Assembly: GCA_964291315.2 (NCBI GenBank)
Contig: OZ219753.1
Span: 2,880,001 to 2,944,000, forward strand
Direction of reading: 5' to 3'
DNA: 64,000 nucleotides
Origin: Candidatus Poribacteria bacterium
GTDB lineage: Bacteria > Poribacteria > WGA-4E > WGA-3G
The translations under genes and the position numbers were made by a program. Positions 1 through 10,487 of the stretch are shown here, piece by piece. The number at the start of each line of letters is the position of its first letter. Within the stretch, counting starts at the first letter, position 1. The notes below the pieces were generated by a model. It did no database searches. It was not told the origin of the DNA and was given only the letters and a program-made list of their open reading frames with translations.

Positions 1-539
1 TGTGTAATAATGACATCCCCGGCTTTCATGTGGATAAGTGCTTCACCCGGATGGGGCTTGTCGCGTTCTGTATCTGCCATGGTAATCGGCTTGCGGTGTG
101 ATCCGACAAGCACGCGTAGGGGCCCGGACTCGTCTGTCAGGTCTTGCAGATAGGAGATAGCATTAATGGCGTTTGGACGGTGATATGCGTCGGTATATGG
201 AACGTGTGCCCACCGGTCACGATGCCATCCTGAGACTCTGCCGGCGGCTTTTCCTTTTTCAATTGACGGAAACGCGGCGAGTGTGAGGTTGTCTAATTGC
301 ACGAAGGGTCCCATCACCCTTTCTAGAAACGCAAGGAGTACCGGGTGTGAGACGGCGGGCCACATCAGATCGGGCGCGAGTTCGAGCGTATTGCCGAACC
401 AGGTTTGTCCGTTGTTGGCTGCCGAGAGTTCAGCGTGCTTTTCTCGCCAACTTTGCATCTGTAGTTCGTCAAATAGACTCTCGACAATTGTAAACCCATC
501 TTGTTTATACGTTTCAAAACGTTCGTTTAATGTTGGCAT
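1..539 (-). CDS. Phytanoyl-CoA dioxygenase (PhyH)-family Fe(II)/2-oxoglutarate dioxygenase, runs off the left edge
   Basis: Manual translation from ATG at 539 gives MPTLNERFETYKQDGFTIVE...GWHRDRW (HxD)...ISYLQDLTDESGPLRVLVGSH...MKAGDVII, which are typical PhyH motifs. Absent from the ORF track because it is truncated. Confidence 0.85.
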   Translation of the reverse strand, partial: MPTLNERFETYKQDGFTIVESLFDELQMQSWREKHAELSAANNGQTWFGNTLELAPDLMWPAVSHPVLLAFLERVMGPFVQLDNLTLAAFPSIEKGKAAGRVSGWHRDRWAHVPYTDAYHRPNAINAISYLQDLTDESGPLRVLVGSHRKPITMADTERDKPHPGEALIHMKAGDVIIT

Positions 540-560
540 ATTCGTGTTCCTACAGATTGA

Positions 561-1508
561 TTAGCGTAGTCCACTTAGGATTATTTCGCAGAGTTCCATA
601 GTTTTAACAGCCTCATCCAGGTTGGCAGCTGGGAACGAAACAGGTGTATTGGATTTGATACAATCGAGAAAATACCTGTTCTGTTCAGCGGTACCACTAG
701 TGCCTGCGTCGGTGAGTTTGTGTTGGTTGCCGTCGCAGAAAATGGTGCCTTGGGAGACCCCCTCAAGATAGGCGGAGATGTCCCTACCGTGGATTTCGTA
801 TCGTTCGAGGCGGGCATTGGTTGTGTAGTTGGCGGTGTGTTGGGCGACGCAACCGTTGTCAAAGAGGATCAGTGCAGCGTGAACATCCTTGTAATTAGAG
901 ATTGTCCGTTGGACAACGCTATGGACCTCTTGCACTTCGGCTTCGGCAATGGCGCGGATGGTGTCGAGTGCATGTATCGGGGTTTCCAGAAACATGTTGT
1001 CCATTAGGTGTTCAGGGAATCTGCCGCCTTGTGCCAATTGCGTGATGCTCTTATGAAATTCTCCTACGATCTGTGTGACGGGTCCGCGTTTGGTGACGTG
1101 TCGTTTCGCCTCAACAATAATCGGGTGGAAGCGGCGGTTCCAACCTACCATTCCTTTTGCTCCTGTCCGTTTTGCTGTATCGCGCAAACCGGCCGTTTCT
1201 GCAACGTTCATACCGGGGGGTTTTTCTAAGAGCGTGTGGATCCCTTGTTCAAAGCAAGGAAGTGCTGCTGCCCCGTTGAGATGGGCAGGTGTAGCCACAA
1301 AGATAGCATCTAAGGTCTCACTGTCCAGTAGTGCTTCAATGCTCTCGTAGCGAGCTGAAACGTTGAACATATCCGCGGCGTTGTTTCGTGCTTCTTCAAT
1401 CGGATCACAGACAGCAACAAGGGTTGTATCGTCAAATCCTGCTAGGATTTTCATGTGTCCCTTGCCTCTACTCCCACAACCGATAACAGCAACTTGTAGT
1501 TTTGACAT
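561..1508 (-). CDS. Gfo/Idh/MocA-family NAD(P)-dependent oxidoreductase
   Basis: VAVIGCGSRG Rossmann motif, LLEKPP, GWNRRF and IHALD. Start taken at MSKLQ. Confidence 0.9.
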   Translation of the reverse strand: MSKLQVAVIGCGSRGKGHMKILAGFDDTTLVAVCDPIEEARNNAADMFNVSARYESIEALLDSETLDAIFVATPAHLNGAAALPCFEQGIHTLLEKPPGMNVAETAGLRDTAKRTGAKGMVGWNRRFHPIIVEAKRHVTKRGPVTQIVGEFHKSITQLAQGGRFPEHLMDNMFLETPIHALDTIRAIAEAEVQEVHSVVQRTISNYKDVHAALILFDNGCVAQHTANYTTNARLERYEIHGRDISAYLEGVSQGTIFCDGNQHKLTDAGTSGTAEQNRYFLDCIKSNTPVSFPAANLDEAVKTMELCEIILSGLR

Positions 1509-1789
1509 ATTTTTTCCTTTCATCGAATGAGGCATTGAGATATGTGCATTTAGTCTTGTACTCTCCGTCTAGAACCGATGCTGGTGTTATTCAGGGCAGA
1601 TTCTCTAATTTTTTGCATGTTAGCATGGATGCAAAAGTGTGTCAATGGAAAAGTAGTGGTGGCAGGTGCATTTATTTTTTCGATAATTTTGTTGTTTTGC
1701 GCGAGCATTCCATTTTTATAGTAGCCAGTTGCGACTCGAGACTCTTATTGACGGTTGGACACTGACTGCCCATTGGTTAAAAAACATGC

Positions 1790-1818
1790 TTGCTATTTTC
1801 TCCTCTTTCGTGTATAAT
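1790..1818 (+). promoter_or_regulatory. sigma70-type promoter upstream of glnD
   Basis: TTGCTA-N17-TATAAT with an extended -10 TG. Confidence 0.55.
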
Positions 1819-1878
1819 GAGATCTGGGTTTTAATTTTTGATAGGAACTCCGCAACAGAGATAGATTGCTAACAGAAA

Positions 1879-4590
1879 ATGACTACAACAATAGAGAAAC
1901 GGCTCAGCAGTTATACATCAGACTTGGAAGTGTCTCTCGAGGATCTGCAGAAGCAGTTGGTGGCCTTCATTCAAGATGAACGCGAACACCTGAAAACTCG
2001 TATTCTAGAGGGCGAAAGTGGGTTTGAGGCTTGCAAAATTCACACACAGATGTGGGACACGGTTATTCAAAAGGTTTATGAGGTGGCCTCCTTTCAGATT
2101 CTGGATGAATACCGGAAACAGATTGAGGTCCTAAAGATGCTGCCGAACCTTAACGCGAACGACTTAGAGAGCGGATTGGCGGATTGGTGTCCGGATATCG
2201 CCCTCTACGGCGTTGGGAGTTATGGCAGAAATGAGCTCTGCTATTTTTCGGATGTAGACGTTGTCTACACCTCTTCTGTAGATTTAGAAGATATTTACGA
2301 TGAGAGTACCCTTGAACTGATCCGATGGTTCTACGACTTTTTTGACGGGCTTCACTCGGTGATTCCGGGATTCGAATTCAGTTTTATCTATCGACCGCTT
2401 GCGGATATAGCGAAGTGGAACTATCAAGATATGACGGCATTGATTGATATGCGGTTTATTGCGGGTGATCCGGCCTTGACAGAGCAGTTCCGGAAAGCGG
2501 TGAGCTCCGAAAAGTCAGATATTTCTCTTGTGCTGGATCTCTTGAAGTCAAAAGCTGCTTCCTTCAAGGCTGCCGAAGACACAATTTATCTTAATCAACC
2601 CAACTTGAAAACTGGGCGCGGTGGGCTACGAACGCTTCAATATGCGCTCTGGATATGTGGACTTCCAGACTTTACACCTATTCCGGATCTCTATGAACGG
2701 TACGGTGATGAGCAGCTCATCTTGTCTCTTGATTTCATGTTTAAGGTCCGCAATCTCCTGCATGTGCTCGCCAATGGTCCCTATGATGATTTGACGTATC
2801 ACCCCGAAAAAGGGGATACACTACAGGCACAGATCGCTCGGGTTCTTGGATTTGCAGGTGAAAGCGATGAAGAACGTTACGCGTTTATGACAGAATTTTA
2901 TGCCAAGGCGAAGTATCTACATTTCAAAGCTGAACTTCTAATACGCAAGATGTTGGCTAATGGGATTCCTATCTCGGATGTGCTTGCAGTAAGGACTGAT
3001 CTCCTGTATTGCATCGATAATAATTTTGGTGAACTTAATGCAGATGAGCTTTTTATCCTCTTCGCCTACTTCCAGCAGTACGATTTTGAAATTGATGCGT
3101 CTCTTGCTACATTTATCTCTCGTTACGTTCAAGCGTTTGATTGGCGTTCTTTCCAAAATCGGATGGTGGAATTGATAAGTGTACCTGGAGATGTTGAGAA
3201 GACCTTGACTCGTCTACATCGGCTTAATATTTTGTCTCACCTCGGTGAAGGTGGTATTCTTTTTGAAAAAGCGATGCTGACACGAAGCGAGCGGAGCTTG
3301 GATCCGTATACGGTTGGGAAACATACCCTGGTTGCAATTGGGCATCTTGATGAGATCCGTAAAACGGAGCCAAGCCAGCCGTTTGGTGGTGCCCGTTTTA
3401 GTTCCCCGGCATCGGCATCGCCGACTTCTGAGTTGGAGGATCTGAATACGGCGTTTCGTTCGCTTTCGGATCCGACGCCGCTCTACATGGCGCTTTTCCT
3501 GCACGATATAGATAAACCTGATCCGACGCATCCGGTGACGGGGGCCGAAAAAGCGGAACGTATCGCGCCCGAATTTGGGTTCAATTCAAAACAGACGGAT
3601 GAGATATGCTTTCTCATTCGAGAGCATTTGACGATGATAAATTTAGCGCGCTATCATCATTGGGATGAGAGCACTATTTCCGAATTCTGTAAAGAAGTTA
3701 AGTCTCTGGAGCGTTTAACGGGGCTCTATCTGCTCACTTATTGTGATTCTAAGGCGAACGGTTTGCAAAATTTCAGTCATGTCGCTAAACATAACTTGAA
3801 GAGTTTATACGAGGCGGCGCGAACCCGCTTTGTGGGGCAAGAGGAAAAACAGTGGGGTGTCTTTGCCCCCGTTGAGGAATTTCAGCGGTTCCTGCACTAC
3901 ATGCCGGTTTCGTATCGTATTAGTGTTACTCCTGAAGAGATAGCGATGCATATAAAGATGACGGGCCAAATTGAAACTGGTCCTGTAGCGTCAGACGGGA
4001 TGCCGAGTCCCGGGGTCATTCAATTTGTTGATCGTCCTGGATTTACTGAGTTACATCTGTGTAGTTCGAGCGGCATCGGGAAATTACACACAGTGAGTGG
4101 TCTGTTCTTTGCTAACGGCATAGATGTCCGAGATGCGCGCGTCTACACCAAACAGGACACAAACGTTGAGCTTGAAATCTATCGTCTCGTTCATCAGCCG
4201 CCACATCATAGGGGAGAACCGATGCCCCTTGACGAAGAACTCAAACGGGATTTGGATTTTGATATCCGCAGTCTATTGGCAGAAGAAGTGACGCTCAGCG
4301 AGATTTTTGATAGGCATTACGCGAACATAAACGAGACATGGCAGGTTGATGAGGTCAGAGTTGAAACTGCGCGTAGCTACACGGAAATTGTCGTTCTCGG
4401 TAAAGAAAAGATGGGATTTCTGCACTATTTCAGTGGTATCCTTGCGAATCTTGGTTTGAACGTTGAGATGTGTAAGTGCTCGGGCTTAGGCGGGCAGGCG
4501 GTCGATCGGTTCTATGTGCAATCGGTGGCTGATCCGAAGGCGGTGTACGCTGATATTATGGCGGCCTTGGCGGCTAAAAGCGAAAAGTAG
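1879..4590 (+). CDS. glnD: GlnD-like PII uridylyltransferase/uridylyl-removing enzyme (NT, HD and ACT domains)
   Basis: GSYGRNELCYFSDVD nucleotidyltransferase motif, QPNLKTGRGGLR, YTVGKHT...LHDIDK HD domain and two C-terminal ACT-like domains; 903 aa. Confidence 0.85.
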   Translation: MTTTIEKRLSSYTSDLEVSLEDLQKQLVAFIQDEREHLKTRILEGESGFEACKIHTQMWDTVIQKVYEVASFQILDEYRKQIEVLKMLPNLNANDLESGLADWCPDIALYGVGSYGRNELCYFSDVDVVYTSSVDLEDIYDESTLELIRWFYDFFDGLHSVIPGFEFSFIYRPLADIAKWNYQDMTALIDMRFIAGDPALTEQFRKAVSSEKSDISLVLDLLKSKAASFKAAEDTIYLNQPNLKTGRGGLRTLQYALWICGLPDFTPIPDLYERYGDEQLILSLDFMFKVRNLLHVLANGPYDDLTYHPEKGDTLQAQIARVLGFAGESDEERYAFMTEFYAKAKYLHFKAELLIRKMLANGIPISDVLAVRTDLLYCIDNNFGELNADELFILFAYFQQYDFEIDASLATFISRYVQAFDWRSFQNRMVELISVPGDVEKTLTRLHRLNILSHLGEGGILFEKAMLTRSERSLDPYTVGKHTLVAIGHLDEIRKTEPSQPFGGARFSSPASASPTSELEDLNTAFRSLSDPTPLYMALFLHDIDKPDPTHPVTGAEKAERIAPEFGFNSKQTDEICFLIREHLTMINLARYHHWDESTISEFCKEVKSLERLTGLYLLTYCDSKANGLQNFSHVAKHNLKSLYEAARTRFVGQEEKQWGVFAPVEEFQRFLHYMPVSYRISVTPEEIAMHIKMTGQIETGPVASDGMPSPGVIQFVDRPGFTELHLCSSSGIGKLHTVSGLFFANGIDVRDARVYTKQDTNVELEIYRLVHQPPHHRGEPMPLDEELKRDLDFDIRSLLAEEVTLSEIFDRHYANINETWQVDEVRVETARSYTEIVVLGKEKMGFLHYFSGILANLGLNVEMCKCSGLGGQAVDRFYVQSVADPKAVYADIMAALAAKSEK

Positions 4591-4611
4591 TTTTGAGTAG
4601 AGGGGAGAGAT

Positions 4612-5370
4612 ATGAAGCAGCGTGTACTCATCACGGGTGCTGCTGGCACAGTCGGCAGTGTGCTCTGGCGGGCATGGGAACGCCAAGGGGATTATACGTT
4701 AACACTCACGGATATTACCCCTATTTCTGGGGCCAATTCGCGCGTGGCAATAGCAGATATTCGAGACTATGCCGGAATGAAACAGTTGTGCCGTGATCAA
4801 GATGTGTTGGTGCATCTCGCTTACCTCCGTCAAGACTCGCTCGGGAAACATCCGGGTGATGTCAGCGACATCGGTGCGTCTATGACGTTGTTTGAGGCGG
4901 CGCGTGAGCAAGGTGTCCAAAAAATTGTATATGCTAGCACAAATCACGTTTCGGGATGGAACGAACGTTTAAATTCGCCGCCTCGGTTCTCTACCGGTGA
5001 TCAGTTTCGTCCGGATAGTTGGTATGGGGCGATGAAGGGGATGGCTGAGATTGCTGGACGCTATCTTGTTGATGCGCACGCCATGCGGTTCATCAGCATC
5101 CGCATTGGGACTTTTAACGGCACCTATGAACCGAGCGGAATCCGCCACTGTAGCACACTCCTAACCCCGCGAGATTGTGTACAACTCTTCAAGCTAGCTG
5201 TAGATTACGATGGCCCCCTTAAATACTTGATCACTTATGGGCGTTCTGCAAATTCCGACGGTTATCAGCAGAGCTATCTTGATATAAGCTGCGCGGTTGA
5301 GGTGTTGGGGTATCAACCCCAGGATAATTTGGTTAAAACACATCTTCACAAATTTCTTGCGGAATCTTAA
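4612..5370 (+). CDS. NAD-dependent epimerase/dehydratase (uronate-dehydrogenase-like SDR)
   Basis: LITGAAGTVG, YASTNH, PDSWYGAMK (YxxxK) and IRIG. Confidence 0.85.
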   Translation: MKQRVLITGAAGTVGSVLWRAWERQGDYTLTLTDITPISGANSRVAIADIRDYAGMKQLCRDQDVLVHLAYLRQDSLGKHPGDVSDIGASMTLFEAAREQGVQKIVYASTNHVSGWNERLNSPPRFSTGDQFRPDSWYGAMKGMAEIAGRYLVDAHAMRFISIRIGTFNGTYEPSGIRHCSTLLTPRDCVQLFKLAVDYDGPLKYLITYGRSANSDGYQQSYLDISCAVEVLGYQPQDNLVKTHLHKFLAES

Positions 5371-5392
5371 GGGTTTATCCGTTAGGTGATCT

Positions 5393-6097
5393 ATGCGTGA
5401 AAATCCGGACTACAACGACGTCTATTATCAGAACACAACTTCTCGTTCCGAGATAATTGACATTGTGACTCAACGGGTTGTTCCACTCAGTGACGCAGCT
5501 GCGCCTATTGAGTGGGAGGTGCTTTTCGAGAATCCACATCCGGTGGAAATAGAGATCGGATTCGGTAAGGGACGTTTTCTGCTTGAGGCTTCGAAACGGC
5601 ATCCGGGGGTTAACTATGTCGGGGTCGAGCGTGCGCAGAAGTACGTAGAATTGACACGGAAACGGTTTGAAAGGCACATGCAGCATTTCGGTATTGATAG
5701 AGGGTCGGGAACGTTCTCAAACGTAAGGCTTGCTTGGACAGATGCGAGCTACTTTGTGACGCGATATGTGCCGGCGGCATCTGTACAGACGTATCATATC
5801 TATTTTCCGGATCCGTGGCCCAAAAAACGGCAGCGCAAGCGGCGAATCTTTCGGAATTGGGATTTTCTGTCTGCTTTAACAGCAACCCTCAAGCCCGATG
5901 ACGGTAGACTCTACATTGCGACAGATTATGAAGCGTATTTCTGCGAGATCCAAGAGCGGCTTTCACAGGTGAATGCCTTGTGCTATGTTGGCGAAAATAT
6001 GGGACCAGATGCGGATATCGTGACGAATTTTGAGATGAAGTACACTTTGGAAGGTAGAAAGATTTATCGGGCGGTATACAAGCCCACTTTAGTTTAG
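5393..6097 (+). CDS. trmB: tRNA (guanine-N7)-methyltransferase
   Basis: EIGFGKG, FPDPWPKKRQRKRR, ATD and TNFE motifs. Confidence 0.95.
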   Translation: MRENPDYNDVYYQNTTSRSEIIDIVTQRVVPLSDAAAPIEWEVLFENPHPVEIEIGFGKGRFLLEASKRHPGVNYVGVERAQKYVELTRKRFERHMQHFGIDRGSGTFSNVRLAWTDASYFVTRYVPAASVQTYHIYFPDPWPKKRQRKRRIFRNWDFLSALTATLKPDDGRLYIATDYEAYFCEIQERLSQVNALCYVGENMGPDADIVTNFEMKYTLEGRKIYRAVYKPTLV

Positions 6098-6225
6098 TAC
6101 CGAGTGCGAGCTAGAAGGAATTATGGAAACTACTGCGGCACACGTCCTCTTTATGGGTGAGGTATTTGCCAAAAGTGAATGCTGTGGTCTGAATATGCTG
6201 TGGAGCATTTCAGCGGAGAAAAAAG

Positions 6226-8064
6226 ATGAAATCAGAACAATTCGGTAATATGTCTCGTGAATTGTGGCAATCTCTGCCGAATGTGCCGGGGGTTTATCTG
6301 ATGAAAGCCTCGGATGGTACGGTTCTCTATGTTGGGAAAGCCGTCCGTTTGCGTGCTCGTGTCCGTTCGTATTTTCGAGAGAAATCCGTGCATCCGTTAA
6401 CCTTGCAGATGATGCGGTATGTCACAGAGATCGATTACACTGTCACGGAGACTGAAGTTGAGGCTCTCATTTTAGAGAATAATCTCATTAAGGCGCATCA
6501 GCCTCGTTACAACGTAAAACTCAAGGATGATAAGCGCTACCCCTATTTGCAGGTAACCGTCAATGAACCGTTTCCACGTATCCGGATTACTCGCAGAGCT
6601 GAAAACGACGGGACCCGGTATTTTGGTCCATTCGTTCATGTGCGCGCGATCCGGCAGACCCTCAAACAGTTGACTAAGCTATTTCCTATTCGTACCTGCG
6701 CGCTGCCCCTCAAGGACATCGGTAATAGGTATCGGGTCTGCTTAGACTACCACATTGGACGTTGTCCTGGTCCGTGTGCCGATAAAATACCTGTCTCAGA
6801 TTACGGGCAGATAGTTCGGAAGGTGTGTCAGTTTTTAAGTGGAAATACAGATGGTGTTGTTAAGGAGTTGACCGCGCAAATGGAGGCTGCTGCTGCGGCT
6901 CTGAACTTTGAAACAGCGGCGAAATATCGGGATACACTTAAAGCCATTCAACAGGCGATTACGACACAGAGTTTGGATACTGTTTCCGGGGCGGATGAGG
7001 ATATTATCGGCATTGCTGCTCGCGCTGACATTGCATGTGTGCAGCTCCTACGGGTGCGAGATGGCAAACTTCTTGAACGTGAGCACTACTATCTCAACGA
7101 TGCGGATCCAGGGGCTCTAGCGGCGGCGTTAAATGCGTTTGTACCGCAATATTATCAGGACGCTGTTTTCGTTCCCAAAGCTGTTGTTTTACCGATGCCT
7201 ATTGAAGGAGCAGAACTGATTGAAGATTGGCTTAGCGAAAAGCGGGGGAACCGTGTTGGGCTGCATGTGCCACGGGCGGGTCGGCTGAGAAAATTACAGG
7301 TTTTGGCCTCAAAAAATGCGGAGGTTCTTCTGACTCAACGGGAGCAGAACGTGGTTTATAGCGGTGGGATTGATCCTGCCCTCGTTGAACTTCGGGAGCT
7401 GATGGGGTTGGATCGGCCCGTTAGACGAATTGAGGCGTTTGATATTTCAAATCTTGGCGATAGGTTCGCTGTGGGTTCGATGGTGGTTCTGGAAGATGGA
7501 AAACCGGCGTCATCGGAGTATCGCCGATTTAAGATCCGGACGGTTGCAGGCCAGAACGATTTCGCGATGATGCAAGAGGTTATCACCCGGCGCTTCCGGC
7601 GTGCGGTTGCCAATGATGAAAAGTTTAACAAACTGCCGGACTTAATCTTAATCGACGGTGGGAAGGGGCAGCTGAGTGCGGCGCAGAAAGCGATGCAGAC
7701 TTTCGCTACTGCTCGTCTGCCTGATATTCCGATGATTGCCCTTGCGAAGCGGGTCGAAGAGATTTTTGTTCCTGATAAGCCGGTGTCGATTGTGTTGCGG
7801 AAAGATAACCCAACTCTACACCTGATTCAGCGGTTACGAGATGAGGCGCACCGATTTGCGGTTACCTATCACCGGCGACTCCGACAGAAGTCGCTGAGTG
7901 CATCCGTGCTTGACGAGATTCCGAATCTCGGTCCGAAGCGGAAGCAGGCGCTGCTCAAGCGTTTTGGTTCGATAGAGGCGATTCGGGAGGCAAGCTTGGA
8001 CAGCTTGCTCTCTGTGAAAGGCATACCTCGCGGCGTTGCGGAGAATATCCGAAAGCATCTGTGA
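6226..8064 (+). CDS. uvrC: Excinuclease ABC subunit C
   Basis: GIY-YIG N-terminus (PGVYLM...YVGKA), Cys cluster, RIEAFDIS, DGGKGQ, RDEAHRFA and HhH C-terminus. Confidence 0.97.
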   Translation: MKSEQFGNMSRELWQSLPNVPGVYLMKASDGTVLYVGKAVRLRARVRSYFREKSVHPLTLQMMRYVTEIDYTVTETEVEALILENNLIKAHQPRYNVKLKDDKRYPYLQVTVNEPFPRIRITRRAENDGTRYFGPFVHVRAIRQTLKQLTKLFPIRTCALPLKDIGNRYRVCLDYHIGRCPGPCADKIPVSDYGQIVRKVCQFLSGNTDGVVKELTAQMEAAAAALNFETAAKYRDTLKAIQQAITTQSLDTVSGADEDIIGIAARADIACVQLLRVRDGKLLEREHYYLNDADPGALAAALNAFVPQYYQDAVFVPKAVVLPMPIEGAELIEDWLSEKRGNRVGLHVPRAGRLRKLQVLASKNAEVLLTQREQNVVYSGGIDPALVELRELMGLDRPVRRIEAFDISNLGDRFAVGSMVVLEDGKPASSEYRRFKIRTVAGQNDFAMMQEVITRRFRRAVANDEKFNKLPDLILIDGGKGQLSAAQKAMQTFATARLPDIPMIALAKRVEEIFVPDKPVSIVLRKDNPTLHLIQRLRDEAHRFAVTYHRRLRQKSLSASVLDEIPNLGPKRKQALLKRFGSIEAIREASLDSLLSVKGIPRGVAENIRKHL

Positions 8065-8187
8065 ACAGTCTTGAAGTTTTCTCCCGGGCTGCACGAATTT
8101 GCACAATTTATTTTACCGGCTGCCCCAGTTTGTGCATGAACAACGCTGATATCGGCAAATTATTGCACTTGTCTAGCCTTTCTAGAT

Positions 8188-8203
8188 TGGCACGCTATTT
8201 GCT
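8188..8203 (+). promoter_or_regulatory. sigma-54 (-24/-12) promoter
   Basis: TGGCACG-CTAT-TTGCT is an exact match to the consensus TGGCACG-N4-TTGCW. TGCAC-containing boxes lie upstream at about 8090-8170. Confidence 0.7.
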
Positions 8204-8370
8204 ATGTTGTGAATGTCAAAGCTGGCGCGGCTGCGAAACCCTCAAAGGGGGATCAGTCTTAATTTTAGGTATTTTAAGTACTAACGCGAGCTTGATAATT
8301 ATGTTGAGTCGGTTGAGGTATGCAGTTACGAAGACAGAAACGCTCTTTTTGAAAAGGAGATTTTACAAAC

Positions 8371-9402
8371 ATGAGAACCATGAAGCGAAGATATCTCTAT
8401 ACTATAGGCACCCTCGCTGTCGTCGTTACCCTCGGTCTCATCGGCTGGCGCCTGCTGCAACCCACGGCGCCGCAACCGCGTGTCGTATACAAACCTGCCC
8501 ACACCGAAACGGGCGCGATCCCGACATCGCAACGGACAGACGACCCGGCGACGGCGGCGGCCCCCACAGAAACGCAGACCCCCACGGACAGACAGCAAGC
8601 CGATCGCGATCAAGCCATCGAGAGAGCCATGAAGACCCCCGCGTATCGCGAATATGAGAGAAAGCAACGCGAAAAGATCCCCGGATTTAATATGAGTTTA
8701 TGGTGGGACTTTCTTGAATCGCAAGGCATCCCCCACTCGGGGCGTCTGCTCCAGGAAACCTACTTCCGTGAAGAATTCCCGACCGGTGAATACGAGGATT
8801 ATGAGCCGATGATGCGCAAACGACTCGCGGCACTCTTCGTGGCAGCTGATCTCCCGAAAGAACCTTCGCACATCTCCGCGGTGCGCCTCGATACCATCCA
8901 AGTCGTCAGCCAATTCCGAAATGAATCTTGGGCAAATACGATCTGGATGCGTGGATATTTCAATGGATACGATGGCGATATGGCCTGGGCGAACGAGATC
9001 CGGAATAATGCCGCCAGCATCCTCGCCGCGCCCGCCGACACCGCAAGCGACACGGAGACACTGGCAACGCACGCCACGTCTACGACCCGTCCGACGGGAT
9101 CAGCCGAAACACCCGTGGAAACGCAACCGACGCGCGACGATGCCCAAACCGCTTTTGAAACGTTAGATCTGGCACTTCCAGCGTTGGAACAGCAACTCAC
9201 CGAACACGGGGTGCCAGAAATATCCAATGTCCTCAACGCGTCGGCGTTGAAAACTGAGATGAGTCAACGTTTTTCACCCGATCGTTTCAACACAGCATTG
9301 CAGACCTTGAACCGATATGGACCCGAAGCCGGACTCCGCAGGCTCAAGGCATCCGACCCCGAGGTGGCTACATACCTCGAAACGCACCTCAAACAACAAT
9401 AG
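8371..9402 (+). CDS. Hypothetical N-terminally membrane-anchored protein (cargo 1)
   Basis: AGGAG RBS, single N-terminal TM, Pro/Thr-rich linkers and C-terminal FSPDRFNTALQTLNRYGPEAGLRRLKASDPEV motif. Confidence 0.8.
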   Translation: MRTMKRRYLYTIGTLAVVVTLGLIGWRLLQPTAPQPRVVYKPAHTETGAIPTSQRTDDPATAAAPTETQTPTDRQQADRDQAIERAMKTPAYREYERKQREKIPGFNMSLWWDFLESQGIPHSGRLLQETYFREEFPTGEYEDYEPMMRKRLAALFVAADLPKEPSHISAVRLDTIQVVSQFRNESWANTIWMRGYFNGYDGDMAWANEIRNNAASILAAPADTASDTETLATHATSTTRPTGSAETPVETQPTRDDAQTAFETLDLALPALEQQLTEHGVPEISNVLNASALKTEMSQRFSPDRFNTALQTLNRYGPEAGLRRLKASDPEVATYLETHLKQQ

Positions 9403-9415
9403 GAGACCCCAGAAA

Positions 9416-10258
9416 ATGTCAGATAAACACCGCTCCTACACCGCTTATCTCAATGCTGCCCTCTGTCTACTCATTTGGATCCCCGGGTTCGCCGTGGCAA
9501 GCGATCTCAAGATATACACGCACGAGAAGAGAGACCCCACGCCGCTTGAGAAAACCTACTTCGAAACACTGAAAAAGCAGTTCCCCGGCGAGGTGCTCGA
9601 TGCGAACTTAGAAACGCTACACCTGCTTTCCGATAGTGAGGAATATGTTCAATTTCTCACAGAAAAGTACCCCGAACATGCACCCTTTACAACCTTCCAA
9701 GGGTTCTTTTACACCGTGCTGCCCCCGAAAACACGCTACTTCCCCTTCTTCAAGCAACAATTCGGGGTCGAAAAAATCGAAGAGATAGACACCGATGAAC
9801 TGTTCCTCGCACATGCCTATGCGTCAAGCAGCTGGGTCACTCGGGGCTATAACCGGGGCGGGGATAAATTTCCCGTTCCCACCCGTTTCGGTATCCAACT
9901 CCTGATCACGACACCCCAGGGCAGAGAAATGCTGGAACGGCGCCTCGGTATTGAGCGACATCGGAAAACCGACATAGACGACATGGGCCGCATCCTTCGC
10001 ACTTTCGAAACGCTGCTCCAATTAGGTGGGAGACAACTCGAAGAGGATGTCCGCTGGATAAAAACCCTTTTTGAAGAGCATGGTCCCTCTGAAGGGATGC
10101 TCTGGTTAGCCGTTCAAGACCCGCGGCTCCTCGAGCTTATCCTCTACACCTTTTCAACCGATAAAACGTTTCTAAAATCTGTTTTTGACCCGCTTGAGAT
10201 GTACCTTGACAGACCACGATCCAAACGCCGCTCCCCAGAAAAGCCGAACGCAAACTGA
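9416..10258 (+). CDS. Hypothetical secreted protein (cargo 2)
   Basis: AGGAG at 9401 precedes ATG 9416. Signal-peptide-like N-terminus (ALCLLIWIPGFAVA) and C-terminal HGPSEGMLWLAVQDP motif. Confidence 0.75.
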   Translation: MSDKHRSYTAYLNAALCLLIWIPGFAVASDLKIYTHEKRDPTPLEKTYFETLKKQFPGEVLDANLETLHLLSDSEEYVQFLTEKYPEHAPFTTFQGFFYTVLPPKTRYFPFFKQQFGVEKIEEIDTDELFLAHAYASSSWVTRGYNRGGDKFPVPTRFGIQLLITTPQGREMLERRLGIERHRKTDIDDMGRILRTFETLLQLGGRQLEEDVRWIKTLFEEHGPSEGMLWLAVQDPRLLELILYTFSTDKTFLKSVFDPLEMYLDRPRSKRRSPEKPNAN

Positions 10259-10318
10259 CACCCGAAAGAAGATTGCGACCGGTGTCGTTGTATCTGAGAG
10301 AAGAGGGGAACAATTTTC

Positions 10319-10487
10319 GCGCGAGCTTGATAATTATTGGGTTCACCTTTAGAATAAAGAGAAACGCGAGTACACCGTAATAGATTTTGCTTACAAGAGA
10401 AGAGCAGAAGCGGTGTACAAGTTCATTGCACAAACTAAGAGGGTTAGGGGACAGAAGAATCGCCCCACCCTTTTTCCAAACTCACGT
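10319..10487. mobile_element. MITE (about 169 bp) forming the right arm of the larger element
   Basis: A second left end GCGCGAGCTTGATAATTATT at 10319 shares the right end at 10487. Internal hairpins GTACACCG/CGGTGTAC (10370-10418) and AGGG..GGGG/CCCC..CCCT. Confidence 0.7.

Larger units (their letters stand above)
8284..10487. mobile_element. Non-autonomous, IS982-like TIR-bounded element carrying two cargo genes
   Basis: Left end ACGCGAGCTTGATAA (8284); right end reverse complement ACGTGAGTTTGGAAA (ends 10487). Identical 9-bp flanks TAAGTACTA at 8275-8283 and 10488-10496. No transposase inside. Confidence 0.8.

Noticed and set aside
8221-8260. Structured leader (GGCTG..CCCT-CAA-AGGG..CAGTC) as a riboswitch
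   Set aside because: Short stems only, with no match to a riboswitch consensus I can support.
8061-8657. 198-aa ORF after uvrC
   Set aside because: It crosses the promoter, TSD and element end, and overlaps cargo gene 1 out of frame; it has no protein-like features.
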